DNA of 64,000 bases from a virus (Duplodnaviria; Caudoviricetes): IMG/VR virus record IMGVR_UViG_2888028904_000001, positions 1-64,000 of that record. One strand, written 5' to 3'. Position 1 is the first letter of the stretch, and each line of letters starts with the position of its first letter. Both the position numbers and the translations under genes were made by a program. Shown here piece after piece: positions 17,849 through 27,811 of this stretch. The notes beneath the pieces were generated by a model. That model ran no database searches, had not been told where the DNA came from, and saw only the letters and a program-made list of their open reading frames with translations.

Positions 17849-18721
17849 ATGGAACATTTCATTAGAAATACAAGCAAAAACAAAGAATTAACAATTGAGT
17901 CAGTGGAGCGTGCCGAGGAATGGTTAAAGACATTGGGTATTAATTTTTCAAACTCTCGGTTTGGAAATGCAAAGAAAATTTTGAATCAAATTAATCAGCA
18001 AGTAATACAACCTAATCTAGACAATCTTTGGGCTATGAATGAACTATATGAGTTAGTGCAACTATGTGATTCTTTTTCCTCCTCCAAAGAAATCGAAGAT
18101 GCTTTTATTGAAAGAATAACAGGAGGAGTAAATTTTTTATGCAATGAAAAAAAAAGCAGTGCTAGAGATTTATTTTTTGAAGCTAAAGCTGCATCGAGGT
18201 TGAAAAGAGGAGGATGTGAAATTATTAAGGACAAATCTCATGATATTGTTTTTAAAAAAAACGCAATAATCTTTGGCGCTGAATGCAAAAGACCTAGTAA
18301 TGACAATAAATTAATTAATCATATAAAGTATGCATACAATAGACAATTAAACAAATTATCAAATAGGAATGAACAAGGTGTTATTTTTATTGATTTGGAC
18401 CGAATTTTATATAAAAAATTTTCAGAGCAATTATTGCATTCAGACTCATCACTTCCCTTTTCAGACAGTGATTTATTAGCGAAATTTCGTAATGATACTG
18501 ATATTAAATATAAAAATTTGATACAACGAAAAATTCCTGAAATAGCGCACGGTGTATTAATGATAATTGTCCATTATAGCTTTCCTATAATTATTCAAAG
18601 CGAAATCGGATTTCGTTGTCTGATGTTCAATCATTATTGTCTAATAAGTAGTAGTTATAGCGAGTCAGTAGAATTGATATCATCTGGATTAAGAGATAGT
18701 GTTGGTGAAGGGTTATTTTAA
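17849..18721 (+). CDS. Low-GC moron, putative PD-(D/E)XK nuclease
   Basis: RDLFFE ... HDIV ... AECKRP; terminator at ~18768-18799. Confidence 0.55.
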   Translation: MEHFIRNTSKNKELTIESVERAEEWLKTLGINFSNSRFGNAKKILNQINQQVIQPNLDNLWAMNELYELVQLCDSFSSSKEIEDAFIERITGGVNFLCNEKKSSARDLFFEAKAASRLKRGGCEIIKDKSHDIVFKKNAIIFGAECKRPSNDNKLINHIKYAYNRQLNKLSNRNEQGVIFIDLDRILYKKFSEQLLHSDSSLPFSDSDLLAKFRNDTDIKYKNLIQRKIPEIAHGVLMIIVHYSFPIIIQSEIGFRCLMFNHYCLISSSYSESVELISSGLRDSVGEGLF

Positions 18722-18825
18722 TAAATATTTAAGAATGACAAATTTAGTAGCATAAAATTTTAAGAGACCATCGGCTCATTCATAGCTGGTGGCTTTTTTA
18801 TTGGAGAAAATTCGTAATAAAAACC

Positions 18826-19164
18826 ATGAAAAAACGCAATGTCTATGGTGGTCGCTGGGCTAAAGTGCGATTAGCATTTCTTAATGAACATCCACTTTGC
18901 GTCATGTGCCAAGAGCAAGGGCGCATTACTGCTGCCACAGTAGTTGACCACATTATTCCACATCGCCTAAAAGAGGCACTTGAATCAGGTGATAAAGAAC
19001 GTATCGCAAAAGCTCAAGCCTTATTCTGGGACACAAAGAACTTCCAAAGCTTATGCGAACTGCATCATAACTCAACCAAACAACGTATCGAAAAGAGTGG
19101 CAAAGTCATTGGTTGTAATGCGGATGGCATTCCACTCGATCCCAATTCTCATTGGCATCAATAA
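18826..19164 (+). CDS. HNH endonuclease (HK97 gp74-like)
   Basis: CVMC..VVDHIIPH..NFQSLC..HH; upstream of terS. Confidence 0.9.
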   Translation: MKKRNVYGGRWAKVRLAFLNEHPLCVMCQEQGRITAATVVDHIIPHRLKEALESGDKERIAKAQALFWDTKNFQSLCELHHNSTKQRIEKSGKVIGCNADGIPLDPNSHWHQ

Positions 19165-19282
19165 CACCATGAAATACAGGGTGGGGGTGGGATAAAAGTT
19201 CAAACACTTTCGCCCTGATTACCTAGCGCCCTCATTTGTGTGCACAACCGCGAAATGAAAAGTTTTTTTCTGGGAGGTTCCG

Positions 19283-19750
19283 ATGGCAGGAAGACGCCCG
19301 AAACCGACCCACTTGAAGGTGGTCACCGGTAATCCGGGAAAACGAAAACTCAACGATAAAGAACCCCAACCTAAACGTGAAATTCCAAGCCCACCCGAAC
19401 ATTTAACGGATTGGGGGAAAATGGCGTGGGCAAAATTAACCTTACTACTCGATGGAATGGGCGTTTTAACCGTGGCTGACACGCTGGCGTTAGAACGGCT
19501 GTGTGATATCTACGCCGATATTCTTCAATTACGAGACACCATTGCCATTGAAGGTCGGACATACACCACAAAAACGCAATCAGGGGATTTTTTAATTAAA
19601 GCGAATCCTGCCGTAGCCATGTTGGCTGATGCAGATCGCCGCTTTAAAAGTTATTTAGTCGAGTTTGGTTTAACCCCCGCCGCTCGTTCGAAGGTGAAGA
19701 TAGATGGTGGAGAAGAAGAGGAAGATCCGCTCAACCAATATTTCGGTTGA
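19283..19750 (+). CDS. terS: Terminase small subunit (P27 family)
   Basis: GNPGKRKLN, NPA, FGLTPAARSK. Confidence 0.92.
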   Translation: MAGRRPKPTHLKVVTGNPGKRKLNDKEPQPKREIPSPPEHLTDWGKMAWAKLTLLLDGMGVLTVADTLALERLCDIYADILQLRDTIAIEGRTYTTKTQSGDFLIKANPAVAMLADADRRFKSYLVEFGLTPAARSKVKIDGGEEEEDPLNQYFG

Positions 19751-21437
19751 TCCCGCAACACAATACGCGCAAGACGTGCATCAAGGCAAAATCTTAGCAG
19801 GGCCTGATATTCGTCATGCATGTGCGCGTCATCTCAAAGATTTAAATGAAGCCGAGCAACGAGGATTAGTCTGGGATGTCGAGGCTGTCAAAAGAGTGAT
19901 CGACTTTTTTGCGAAAGTCTTAAAGCTCAATGGCGGGGAACATGAAGGCAAACCGTTTATTTTATTGCCTTGGCAATGCTTTGTGATTGGCTCCATTTTT
20001 GGCTGGAAAATGACAGACGGCACACGCCGGTTTCGCATGGTGTACGTTGAATCAGGCAAAGGTTCAGGAAAATCCCCGATGGCAGGTGGCGTTGGGTTGT
20101 ATTGTTTAGTCGCCGACAGTGAACCGCGTGCCGAAGTGTATGCGGCAGCCACGAAAAAAGACCAAGCCATGATTTTGTTTCGTGATGCGGTGGCGATGGT
20201 TGATCAATCTCCTGCATTAAGTCAGCGGATCACCAAATCAGGCGGAACAGGCAAAGAGTGGAACTTGGCTTATTTGAAAACAAGTTCATTCTTTCGCCCG
20301 ATTAGCTCAGATGATGGGCAATCAGGGCCTCGTCCCCATTGTGCGTTGATTGATGAAATTCATGAGCACAAAAGTAATACCGCCGTTGAGATGATGCGAG
20401 CAGGCACAAAAGGCCGGCGACAAGCCTTGATATTTATGATCACCAATAGTGGCCATGATAAAACCAGCGTGTGTTATGACTATCATGAATACGGACGAAA
20501 AGTCGCCGAAGGTACTATCGAAGACGACAGCTTCTTTTCCTATATTTGCTCACTGGATGAAGGCGATGATCCCTTTAAGGATGAATCTTGCTGGGGGAAA
20601 GCCAATCCATCACTGGGCTACACCTTTTCTGATCGCTATTTGCGCGAGCAAGTGACACAAGCTCGAGGTATGCCCGCGAAAGAAAGCATTGTGCGTCGGC
20701 TTAATTTTTGCCAGTGGGTGGATGCCGATAATCCGTGGATTAACAGTGAAACATGGATGCAGTGTGAAAACACGTTCACCTTCGATGATCTTCAAGGTGA
20801 AGAGTGTTATGGCGGATTGGACTTATCAGGAACCAAAGATTTAACCGCATTAGCCCTGTATTTTCCTCGCCTCAAACGTCTTTATGTTGAATTTTGGACA
20901 CCCAAAGACACTTTATTGGATAGAGCGAAAACCGACCGAGTGCCCTACGACTTATGGGTAAGGCAAGGTTTTATGCATACCACGCCAGGGAATGCGGTGA
21001 GGTATGAATTTGTGGCAGAACGCATTGCTGAAATGGCGATGCACGTCAGCATGAGAGCCATTGCCTTTGACCCTTATCGCATTAAATACCTTGAACCCAA
21101 ACTCGATGAAGCGGGTGTGACGGTTCCTTTAACTCCGCATGGACAAGGATATTACAAAGCTAAAGATTCAGGGCTATGGATGCCACACTCTATCGAACTA
21201 TTTGAACAGCTCATTGATGACAAGAAGATTGAGATCTACACCAATCCTTGTTTGAGATGGAATGCCGCATCCGCTGTGCTTGAGGCTGACCAAAAAGATA
21301 ACCGCGTCTTTGCCAAGAAAAAAAGTACTGGTCGAATTGATGGTGTGGTGGCATCTGCAATGGCGATTGGTGCTGCGGAAGGTGAGGTTGATGATGGCAA
21401 CCTTGATGATTTTTTCTCTAACCCATTGAGTATGTGA
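19704..21437 (+). CDS. terL: Terminase large subunit
   Basis: GKGSGKS Walker A, IDEIHE Walker B, GLDLS, RIDGVVA. Confidence 0.95.
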   Translation: MVEKKRKIRSTNISVDPATQYAQDVHQGKILAGPDIRHACARHLKDLNEAEQRGLVWDVEAVKRVIDFFAKVLKLNGGEHEGKPFILLPWQCFVIGSIFGWKMTDGTRRFRMVYVESGKGSGKSPMAGGVGLYCLVADSEPRAEVYAAATKKDQAMILFRDAVAMVDQSPALSQRITKSGGTGKEWNLAYLKTSSFFRPISSDDGQSGPRPHCALIDEIHEHKSNTAVEMMRAGTKGRRQALIFMITNSGHDKTSVCYDYHEYGRKVAEGTIEDDSFFSYICSLDEGDDPFKDESCWGKANPSLGYTFSDRYLREQVTQARGMPAKESIVRRLNFCQWVDADNPWINSETWMQCENTFTFDDLQGEECYGGLDLSGTKDLTALALYFPRLKRLYVEFWTPKDTLLDRAKTDRVPYDLWVRQGFMHTTPGNAVRYEFVAERIAEMAMHVSMRAIAFDPYRIKYLEPKLDEAGVTVPLTPHGQGYYKAKDSGLWMPHSIELFEQLIDDKKIEIYTNPCLRWNAASAVLEADQKDNRVFAKKKSTGRIDGVVASAMAIGAAEGEVDDGNLDDFFSNPLSM

Positions 21438-22705
21438 TGACAGATAAACAATATTCAATCGATTTGCGCACTAATCATGGTTGGTTTGCGCGTCTGGCTT
21501 CCTTCTTTGTTGGGGGAAGACTCGTGACACCTGAACAAGGTTCACAATCAGGCGCTATCTCAGCGCAAGGCTCGCTTGGTGATTCTTCTGTAAATGATGA
21601 GCGAATACTCCAAATATCCACGGTTTGGCGTTGTGTCAGCTTAATTTCGACGTTAACGGCTTGTTTGCCACTGGATGTGTTCGAAACGGATAAACAGGGA
21701 AATAGAACCAAAGTTGATTTAAGTAACCCATTGGCTCGATTACTGCGATATTCACCCAATCAATATATGACCGCTCAAGAATTCCGAGAGGCAATGACTA
21801 TGCAACTTTGCTTTTATGGTAATGCTTTCGCGTTGATTGAGCGAAATAAAGTCGGTGATGTGATCAGCTTGCTTCCTCTGTTGTCTGCCAATATGGATGT
21901 ACGCATGGAGGGGAAGAATATTATCTATAAATATCAGCGTGATCATGAATTTGCCAAATTTAAACAACACGAAATTTTTCATTTAAAAGGGTTTGGTTTT
22001 AATGGATTAGTTGGATTGTCGCCTATTGCTTATGCGTGTAAGACAGCAAGCACGGCCGTTGCGATGGAAGATCAACAACGTGAGTTTTATGCTAATGGAG
22101 CTAAGTCTCCTAAAATTCTGACAACGGGCGATAAGGTATTGAATAAAGAGCAACGTAGCCAACTTGAAGAGAATTTCAAAGAAATTGCGGGTGGTCCCGT
22201 TAAAAAACGATTGTGGATCTTAGAAGGGGGATTTCAAGCACAAGATATTGGTGTTAGTCCTCAAGATGCAGAAACAATGTCTTCCCGCAAATTTCAAGTC
22301 AGTGAATTGGCCCGTTTCTTTGGGGTTCCACCGCACTTAGTCGGTGATGTTGAAAAATCAACAAGTTGGGGAACAGGTATTGAGCAACAAAACTTAGGTT
22401 TTCTTCAATATACCTTACAACCCTATATCTCCCGATGGGAAAATTGCATTGCACGTTGGCTTCTAAAACCACCCGAAGTGGGGAAATATCATGCTGAACA
22501 TAACCTTGATGGGTTATTGCGTGGCGATTCCACTTCACGCGCCGCGTTTATGAAAGCGATGGGAGAATCGGGACTAAGAACCATTAATGAAATGCGACGG
22601 CTTGATAATTATCCTCCTCTTGAAGGTGGAGATGTCGCTTACCGGCAAGCACAATATTTACCGATTAACCAACTCAATAAAGAGCCTCACGAAAGTGGGG
22701 CTTAA
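21434..22705 (+). CDS. HK97-family portal protein
   Basis: GLSPI, ARFFGVPPHLVG, TINEMR. Confidence 0.95.
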   Translation: MMTDKQYSIDLRTNHGWFARLASFFVGGRLVTPEQGSQSGAISAQGSLGDSSVNDERILQISTVWRCVSLISTLTACLPLDVFETDKQGNRTKVDLSNPLARLLRYSPNQYMTAQEFREAMTMQLCFYGNAFALIERNKVGDVISLLPLLSANMDVRMEGKNIIYKYQRDHEFAKFKQHEIFHLKGFGFNGLVGLSPIAYACKTASTAVAMEDQQREFYANGAKSPKILTTGDKVLNKEQRSQLEENFKEIAGGPVKKRLWILEGGFQAQDIGVSPQDAETMSSRKFQVSELARFFGVPPHLVGDVEKSTSWGTGIEQQNLGFLQYTLQPYISRWENCIARWLLKPPEVGKYHAEHNLDGLLRGDSTSRAAFMKAMGESGLRTINEMRRLDNYPPLEGGDVAYRQAQYLPINQLNKEPHESGA

Positions 22706-22722
22706 TTATTTATGGGGGTTCA

Positions 22723-23391
22723 ATGCCTGATATTAGAAAAACACTGAATTTTGATGAAGCGGAAATCAAATTTACGGGAGATGGCACACAAGGCGTTTTC
22801 GAAGGTTATGCCTCCGTATTTAGTCATCAAGATCTCGATGGTGACATTATTTTACCCGGTGCGTTTAAGCATGTTTTAGATAAGCAAAAACAAAAAGTCG
22901 CTATGTTTTATAACCATCGAGTCTGGGAACTTCCTGTGGGGAAGTGGGAGTACATGGAGGAAGATCAAAAAGGGTTACGTGTAAGAGGACAACTGACACC
23001 CGGTCATAGTGCGGCTCAAGATCTAAAAGCGGCAATGAAGCATGGCACGGTTGACGGGCTTTCTATCGGATTCGGTTGTCTGCGTAATGACTTTGAGCGA
23101 ACACCTTCAGGTCGTATTTTTAAAAACATCTCCCTGTTACGTGAAATCAGTATTTGTACATTTCCCGCTAATGACCAAGCACAGGTTTCATCACTCAAGA
23201 GCATCGATGGGTTATTAACGATCCGAGATATTGAGGATTGGCTGAGAGAGTCAGCCGGTTTATCAAAATCAGAAGCCGTCGGTTTTATTTCCCGCTTCAA
23301 ATCCGCTATTCGGAGTGAGTCCGATGACACTCAACAATCCCTAGTCGCATCCATTGTTAACCAAATTAATGCATTTAATCTGAAAGGATAG
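22723..23391 (+). CDS. Prohead protease (HK97 family)
   Basis: FEGYASVF, GLSIGF, LREISIC.FPAN. Confidence 0.93.
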   Translation: MPDIRKTLNFDEAEIKFTGDGTQGVFEGYASVFSHQDLDGDIILPGAFKHVLDKQKQKVAMFYNHRVWELPVGKWEYMEEDQKGLRVRGQLTPGHSAAQDLKAAMKHGTVDGLSIGFGCLRNDFERTPSGRIFKNISLLREISICTFPANDQAQVSSLKSIDGLLTIRDIEDWLRESAGLSKSEAVGFISRFKSAIRSESDDTQQSLVASIVNQINAFNLKG

Positions 23392-23394
23392 AAT

Positions 23395-24561
23395 ATGTCT
23401 GACTTAGCTATTATCCAAGAAGCCATCGAAGGATCACAAAAAAAGGTGCAAGAGCTTTTCGATGCACAGAAGAAAGAAATTGAAGCTACTGGCGTAGTTT
23501 CAAAGCAATTACAAACAGATTTAGCCTTAGTTCAAGAGGAATTAAAAAAAGCCGGTGAGCGTCTGTTTGATTTAGAGCAGAAAGGGGCAACGAGTGCTGA
23601 TGATCCTAATGCGAAAAAAGATTTTTCTGAGCGAGCAGCAGAAGCGCTGACAAAATCATGGAATGGGAGTCAGGCTTCTTATGAAGTGAAAACGTTTAAT
23701 AAATCATTAGGCAGTGATGTGAGTTCAGCCGGAGTTCTCATTCAGCCGATGCAAGTACCGGGTATTATTATGCCGGGTATGCGTCGTTTAGTTATCCGCG
23801 ATTTATTAGCACAAGGTCGTATTTCCAGTAACTCACTGGAATATGTACGCGAAAAATTGTTTACCAATAGCGCGGCACCTGTGAAAGAAAAGGCACAAAA
23901 ACCAGAATCTAATCTGACTTTTGAAAAACAAACGGCAAATGTGATCACTATTGCTCATTGGATCCAAGCGTCTCGCCAAGTGATGGATGATGCTGTGCAG
24001 TTACAGTCTTACGTTAATAACCGCTTATTGTATGGCTTAGCGTTAGTGGAAGAGGAGCAATTACTCAATGGTGACGGTACTGCGGATAATTTGACGGGGA
24101 TTAATCATGTTGCCACGGCCTATGATACCACGTTGAGTGCTACGGGTGACACGCATGCTGACCTGATTGCTCATGCCATTTATCAGGTAACAGAATCTGA
24201 ATTTAGCGCCTCTGGTATTATTTTAAATCCTCGTGATTGGCATGCCATTGCGTTAATGAAAGATAAAGAAGGGCGTTATATTTTTGGTGGCCCACAAGCG
24301 TTTACTTCAAATGTAATGTGGGGATTACCTGTTGTTCCCACAAAAGCACAAAAACAAGGTGAGTTTACTGTTGGTGCATTTGATTTGGCGTCTCAAGTAT
24401 GGGATCGAATGAATGCGGTTATCGAAGTGAGTCGAGAAGATCGTGATAATTTCGTGAAGAATATGCTGACCATTTTGTGTGAAGAGCGTTTAGCATTAGC
24501 CCATTATCGCCCTCAAGCCTTAATTAAAGGGACTTTTCCAACGTCTGGAAGAAGTGCTTAA
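23395..24561 (+). CDS. Major capsid protein (HK97 family)
   Basis: Coiled-coil delta domain; LLNGDG; NFVKNMLTILCEERLAL. Confidence 0.95.
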   Translation: MSDLAIIQEAIEGSQKKVQELFDAQKKEIEATGVVSKQLQTDLALVQEELKKAGERLFDLEQKGATSADDPNAKKDFSERAAEALTKSWNGSQASYEVKTFNKSLGSDVSSAGVLIQPMQVPGIIMPGMRRLVIRDLLAQGRISSNSLEYVREKLFTNSAAPVKEKAQKPESNLTFEKQTANVITIAHWIQASRQVMDDAVQLQSYVNNRLLYGLALVEEEQLLNGDGTADNLTGINHVATAYDTTLSATGDTHADLIAHAIYQVTESEFSASGIILNPRDWHAIALMKDKEGRYIFGGPQAFTSNVMWGLPVVPTKAQKQGEFTVGAFDLASQVWDRMNAVIEVSREDRDNFVKNMLTILCEERLALAHYRPQALIKGTFPTSGRSA

Positions 24562-24599
24562 GTAATAGGTCGGGGTAGGTAACTATCCCGTATTACATC

Positions 24600-24899
24600 A
24601 TGAATATCTTAGATGTCATTCCTCTTTCTTTATTAAAACAGCATCTCGAATACAGCGGTGATGATCGTGATGAGCAGATTATATTTTATGCACAAAGCGC
24701 ATTAAATTATTGTTTGAGATGGTGTGATGAACCGGCATGGAAATCACCTGATGATATCCCTTATGAAGTGAAATCGGCAATGCTCTTAGTGCTGGGGGAT
24801 ATGTTTGAACATCGAACCAGCCAAAGTGAAATTCCGTTATATGAAAATAAAGCAGTAGAACGATTGTTACTGCTTTGTCGAAATTGGCGAGGTAGTTAA
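24600..24899 (+). CDS. Head-tail connector (gp6-like)
   Basis: LKQHLE..D.D..I, AMLLVLG.MFEHR. Confidence 0.85.
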   Translation: MNILDVIPLSLLKQHLEYSGDDRDEQIIFYAQSALNYCLRWCDEPAWKSPDDIPYEVKSAMLLVLGDMFEHRTSQSEIPLYENKAVERLLLLCRNWRGS

Positions 24900-25228
24900 T
24901 GGATCCGGGACGATTACGCCACACTATTCATATTCAAAAATCAGTATTAGCGCCCGATGCCATCAGTGGCAATGATGTGATTTGGACGGATCATGCGACA
25001 AAAGTACGTGCAGCGATCATGCCTTATCAAGGGCGGGAATATTTTCAAGCCCAACAAGTACAAAGTGAGGCCACAACACGAATTATTATTCGCTATATCG
25101 CTGACATTGATACTTCGATGCGTATTGTATGGGGTAAGCGAATATTTAATATTATTTCGATTATTGACCCTTATGAGCGTCATCGTGAGCTTCAATTGAT
25201 GTGCAAAGAGGGCGTGAATGATGGGTGA
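24899..25228 (+). CDS. Head closure protein
   Basis: GRLRH, GRE, IRY..I..MRI. Confidence 0.85.
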   Translation: MDPGRLRHTIHIQKSVLAPDAISGNDVIWTDHATKVRAAIMPYQGREYFQAQQVQSEATTRIIIRYIADIDTSMRIVWGKRIFNIISIIDPYERHRELQLMCKEGVNDG

Positions 25229-25691
25229 GATTAAAATCAGTGGATTGTCTGAACTCGCTCAACGAATGCAAGACATTGCCCGTAAAACCAGAAATCAAAG
25301 TGCGCGTAAGGCGATGAATGCAGGCGCTTCGGCGTTAAAACAGGAAATCAAACATCGAGTGCCTATTCTTAAGGAAACGGTGCCTCATCGACGCAAAGGC
25401 ACCATCAAGCGCAATATTCGTTCTAAAACGAAAGTGCAGCGTAATGGACAAGTCAAAACGCGCATTTGGGTGAAATCATTATCGGGTAAAAAGGTGTCTG
25501 CCTTTAAACAGGCAACGGGAAAAAGTGCGGCATTGAACCCAAATGATCCGTTTTATTGGTGGTTTGTTGAGTTTGGCACTGCCAAGATGCCCGCACAACC
25601 GTTTATGCGCCCCAGCTTTGAAGCGAAAAAGGAAGCGACGGCTAAAGTGATTGTTCAAACACTCAAAGAGGATATTGAAAAAGCAAGGTAG
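25218..25691 (+). CDS. HK97 gp10-family protein
   Basis: FVEFGT.KMPAQPFMRP. Confidence 0.88.
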   Translation: MMGEIKISGLSELAQRMQDIARKTRNQSARKAMNAGASALKQEIKHRVPILKETVPHRRKGTIKRNIRSKTKVQRNGQVKTRIWVKSLSGKKVSAFKQATGKSAALNPNDPFYWWFVEFGTAKMPAQPFMRPSFEAKKEATAKVIVQTLKEDIEKAR

Positions 25692-25696
25692 AGATC

Positions 25697-26038
25697 ATGA
25701 TACAGCAATTAAAAGAGACCCTTTCACCGCTTGTCGATGGAAGGGTTTTTTTTCAGGTATTACCCGAAGGAAAAGGGCATTATCCCGCCATTGTGATCCA
25801 GTTTGCCAGCATCACGCCTAACAGTGCGCTGGAGGATACGGATTTAGACAACTATCGCGTGCAACTTGATGTGTATGCGCCACAACCACAACCCCTTATG
25901 GTCTTGCGTAAAAAAATCGAGGCTCAGATTATCGAGGCGATCCCATTTGCACAACGAGTGAATGCGGTCTTTGGGTATGAAGCGGATGTCAAATTGCATC
26001 GGCTTGTTCTTGAATTAATGATTTCATCAGATAAATAA
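25697..26038 (+). CDS. Tail terminator (DUF3168-like)
   Basis: YP.IV, RVQLDVYA; synteny. Confidence 0.75.
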   Translation: MIQQLKETLSPLVDGRVFFQVLPEGKGHYPAIVIQFASITPNSALEDTDLDNYRVQLDVYAPQPQPLMVLRKKIEAQIIEAIPFAQRVNAVFGYEADVKLHRLVLELMISSDK

Positions 26039-26041
26039 GGA

Positions 26042-26713
26042 ATGGATATGGCAAAGTCAAAAAACCATAAAGCGACGCCTTTCCTCGGCACGAAGATCTT
26101 TGTACAAACCGGCTTAGGAGAGGCGATGACCGTGACGGAAGCGACGTTATCACCCGCAACCATTACCATCGCCAATAATAAGCTGAAAGCCGATGACATG
26201 ATTATGTTATCGGGTTTAGGGGAATTAGATGGGCGTTTCCCCATTGCACAGGTTGATGGCAATAAAGTGACCTTGTGTGAGGAAGTGGATTGGAGTGATA
26301 AAACGTTACCCACGGATTTTGCAAACGCCAAAGCACAACGTATTCAATGGTCTAATAATTTTTGTGCAGTGAAAAGTTTCAGTAAAGACGGTTCGACAAC
26401 CGAACAAATTGATGTCACCACCATTTGCAGTGATGGCAAGGAATATGAATCCGGTGATACGGAATACGGCTCAATTAAATTGACCTTTTTCTTACGGTAT
26501 AGCTCCAGTGATGTGCAGCGGCTCTTGCGTAAATATGAAAACAGCAAAGAAAAATTTGCGGTGAAAATGGTTTTAACGCGAGATGAAGGCTCCATGTTTT
26601 ATTACGGCTCTGTCGAAACGGGCATGAATATTGATGGCAGTGTAGGACAAATGATGGATTCGGGGATCTCGATTAAATTGTCTGGCCGTGATTATTTGAA
26701 TGTGAAGAAATAA
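26042..26713 (+). CDS. Major tail tube protein
   Basis: EQIDVTTICSD.KEY..G..G; synteny. Confidence 0.8.
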   Translation: MDMAKSKNHKATPFLGTKIFVQTGLGEAMTVTEATLSPATITIANNKLKADDMIMLSGLGELDGRFPIAQVDGNKVTLCEEVDWSDKTLPTDFANAKAQRIQWSNNFCAVKSFSKDGSTTEQIDVTTICSDGKEYESGDTEYGSIKLTFFLRYSSSDVQRLLRKYENSKEKFAVKMVLTRDEGSMFYYGSVETGMNIDGSVGQMMDSGISIKLSGRDYLNVKK

Positions 26714-26777
26714 CCCCTAATTCACCTCTTTCATTATTTCTCTTCTCCCTTCTCAATAAAAAATCTTAGGAGTGATT

Positions 26778-27194
26778 ATGTCTAACGCTTTATTGCGTGA
26801 ATTAGTGTTAAACCAAGCACTGAAAGTGACGCCTTTTACCTATTTAGACAACACCTTTTATGTCAAAGAGTTGGATGTTGGCACCATGAATTACATTCAG
26901 CGCAAACTTCGCCAAATTAAAATCAAGCTCGCTGAGGCGCAGGACATTTATTTAGACGAAGACGATCCCGAACAATTTAATGAGGCGATAAATCGTGTCT
27001 ACGATGAATATGATGTCGCCAGAATGTTGGCTTTTAAGTTGTGTGATGAAAAAGGGGAACTGCTTTTTGATGCAGAAAATGAAGAAGACTTAAAAGGTCT
27101 TAATCGTTTAGGACAAGGGTTCTCTAATGCGGTGTTTACAGCAGAAGCGGGGAATAGCGAAAAAAACTTGGAGAACGGCGACAATTTCAATTGA
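26778..27194 (+). CDS. Tail assembly chaperone (gpG-like)
   Basis: Between tube and tape measure; slippery site near end. Confidence 0.75.
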   Translation: MSNALLRELVLNQALKVTPFTYLDNTFYVKELDVGTMNYIQRKLRQIKIKLAEAQDIYLDEDDPEQFNEAINRVYDEYDVARMLAFKLCDEKGELLFDAENEEDLKGLNRLGQGFSNAVFTAEAGNSEKNLENGDNFN

Positions 27195-27469
27195 TATTGT
27201 CGCTGGCATTGGGAAAAACCCTCGCGGAAATCGAGCAAATGCCCGAAAGCCACTTGTGTGAATATGAAGCTTTTTATCGCAAACAACCCTTTGGTTTATG
27301 GCGAGAGGATTATCGGATGGCACAAGTGGCGCATCTTCTTGCGATGATAAATCGTGATCCGAAAACGTCTCCGCCTGAATTGATGGATTTTATGCCGATG
27401 TGGAAGAAGAAAATCACGGAAGAAGAGCTGTGGGATAACGTTACTGAGAGTGTATTAGCTAATCGATAG
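27161..27469 (+). CDS. gpT-like extension reached by -1 frameshift at A AAA AAC (27161-27167)
   Basis: X XXY YYZ heptamer; -1 frame open as LGERRQFQLILSLALGKTLAEIEQM. Confidence 0.75.
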   Translation, partial: KKLGERRQFQLILSLALGKTLAEIEQMPESHLCEYEAFYRKQPFGLWREDYRMAQVAHLLAMINRDPKTSPPELMDFMPMWKKKITEEELWDNVTESVLANR

Positions 27470-27493
27470 CCCCACATCAGTGGGGCTTAATCG

Positions 27494-27685
27494 TTAACCA
27501 CCGCGAGACATTTTCTCAATTTTTTTATCCGTATTGTATTGAGAAAGCGCATAAACCGACCAGATAGCCGCAGGGATCCAGCCAATTAATGTGATTTGTA
27601 GGATAAGGCAGAAGATGCCAGCAAATGGGCGACCAATCGTGAAAAATTGTAACCAAGGTAGTAATAACGCCAGAATAAGTCTCAT
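27494..27685 (-). CDS. YqaE/Pmp3-family small membrane protein (moron)
   Basis: LALLLPW..F..ILQITLIGWIPAAIWSVY; antisense to tail operon. Confidence 0.85.
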   Translation of the reverse strand: MRLILALLLPWLQFFTIGRPFAGIFCLILQITLIGWIPAAIWSVYALSQYNTDKKIEKMSRGG

Positions 27686-27811
27686 AAAACCCCCTCTATT
27701 ATTCGAAATTTCAGTTTATCAATAATTAAATCAATAGCAAATAACAAGGAATATTGCATTTATTCAGGATGAAAGTTTGCTTTTGTAGTGTTCATACCAA
27801 GGATTGAATTT

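Noticed and set aside
19170-19280. Exact cos site of prophage 1
   Set aside because: Expected here by position, but the cut site cannot be defined from sequence alone
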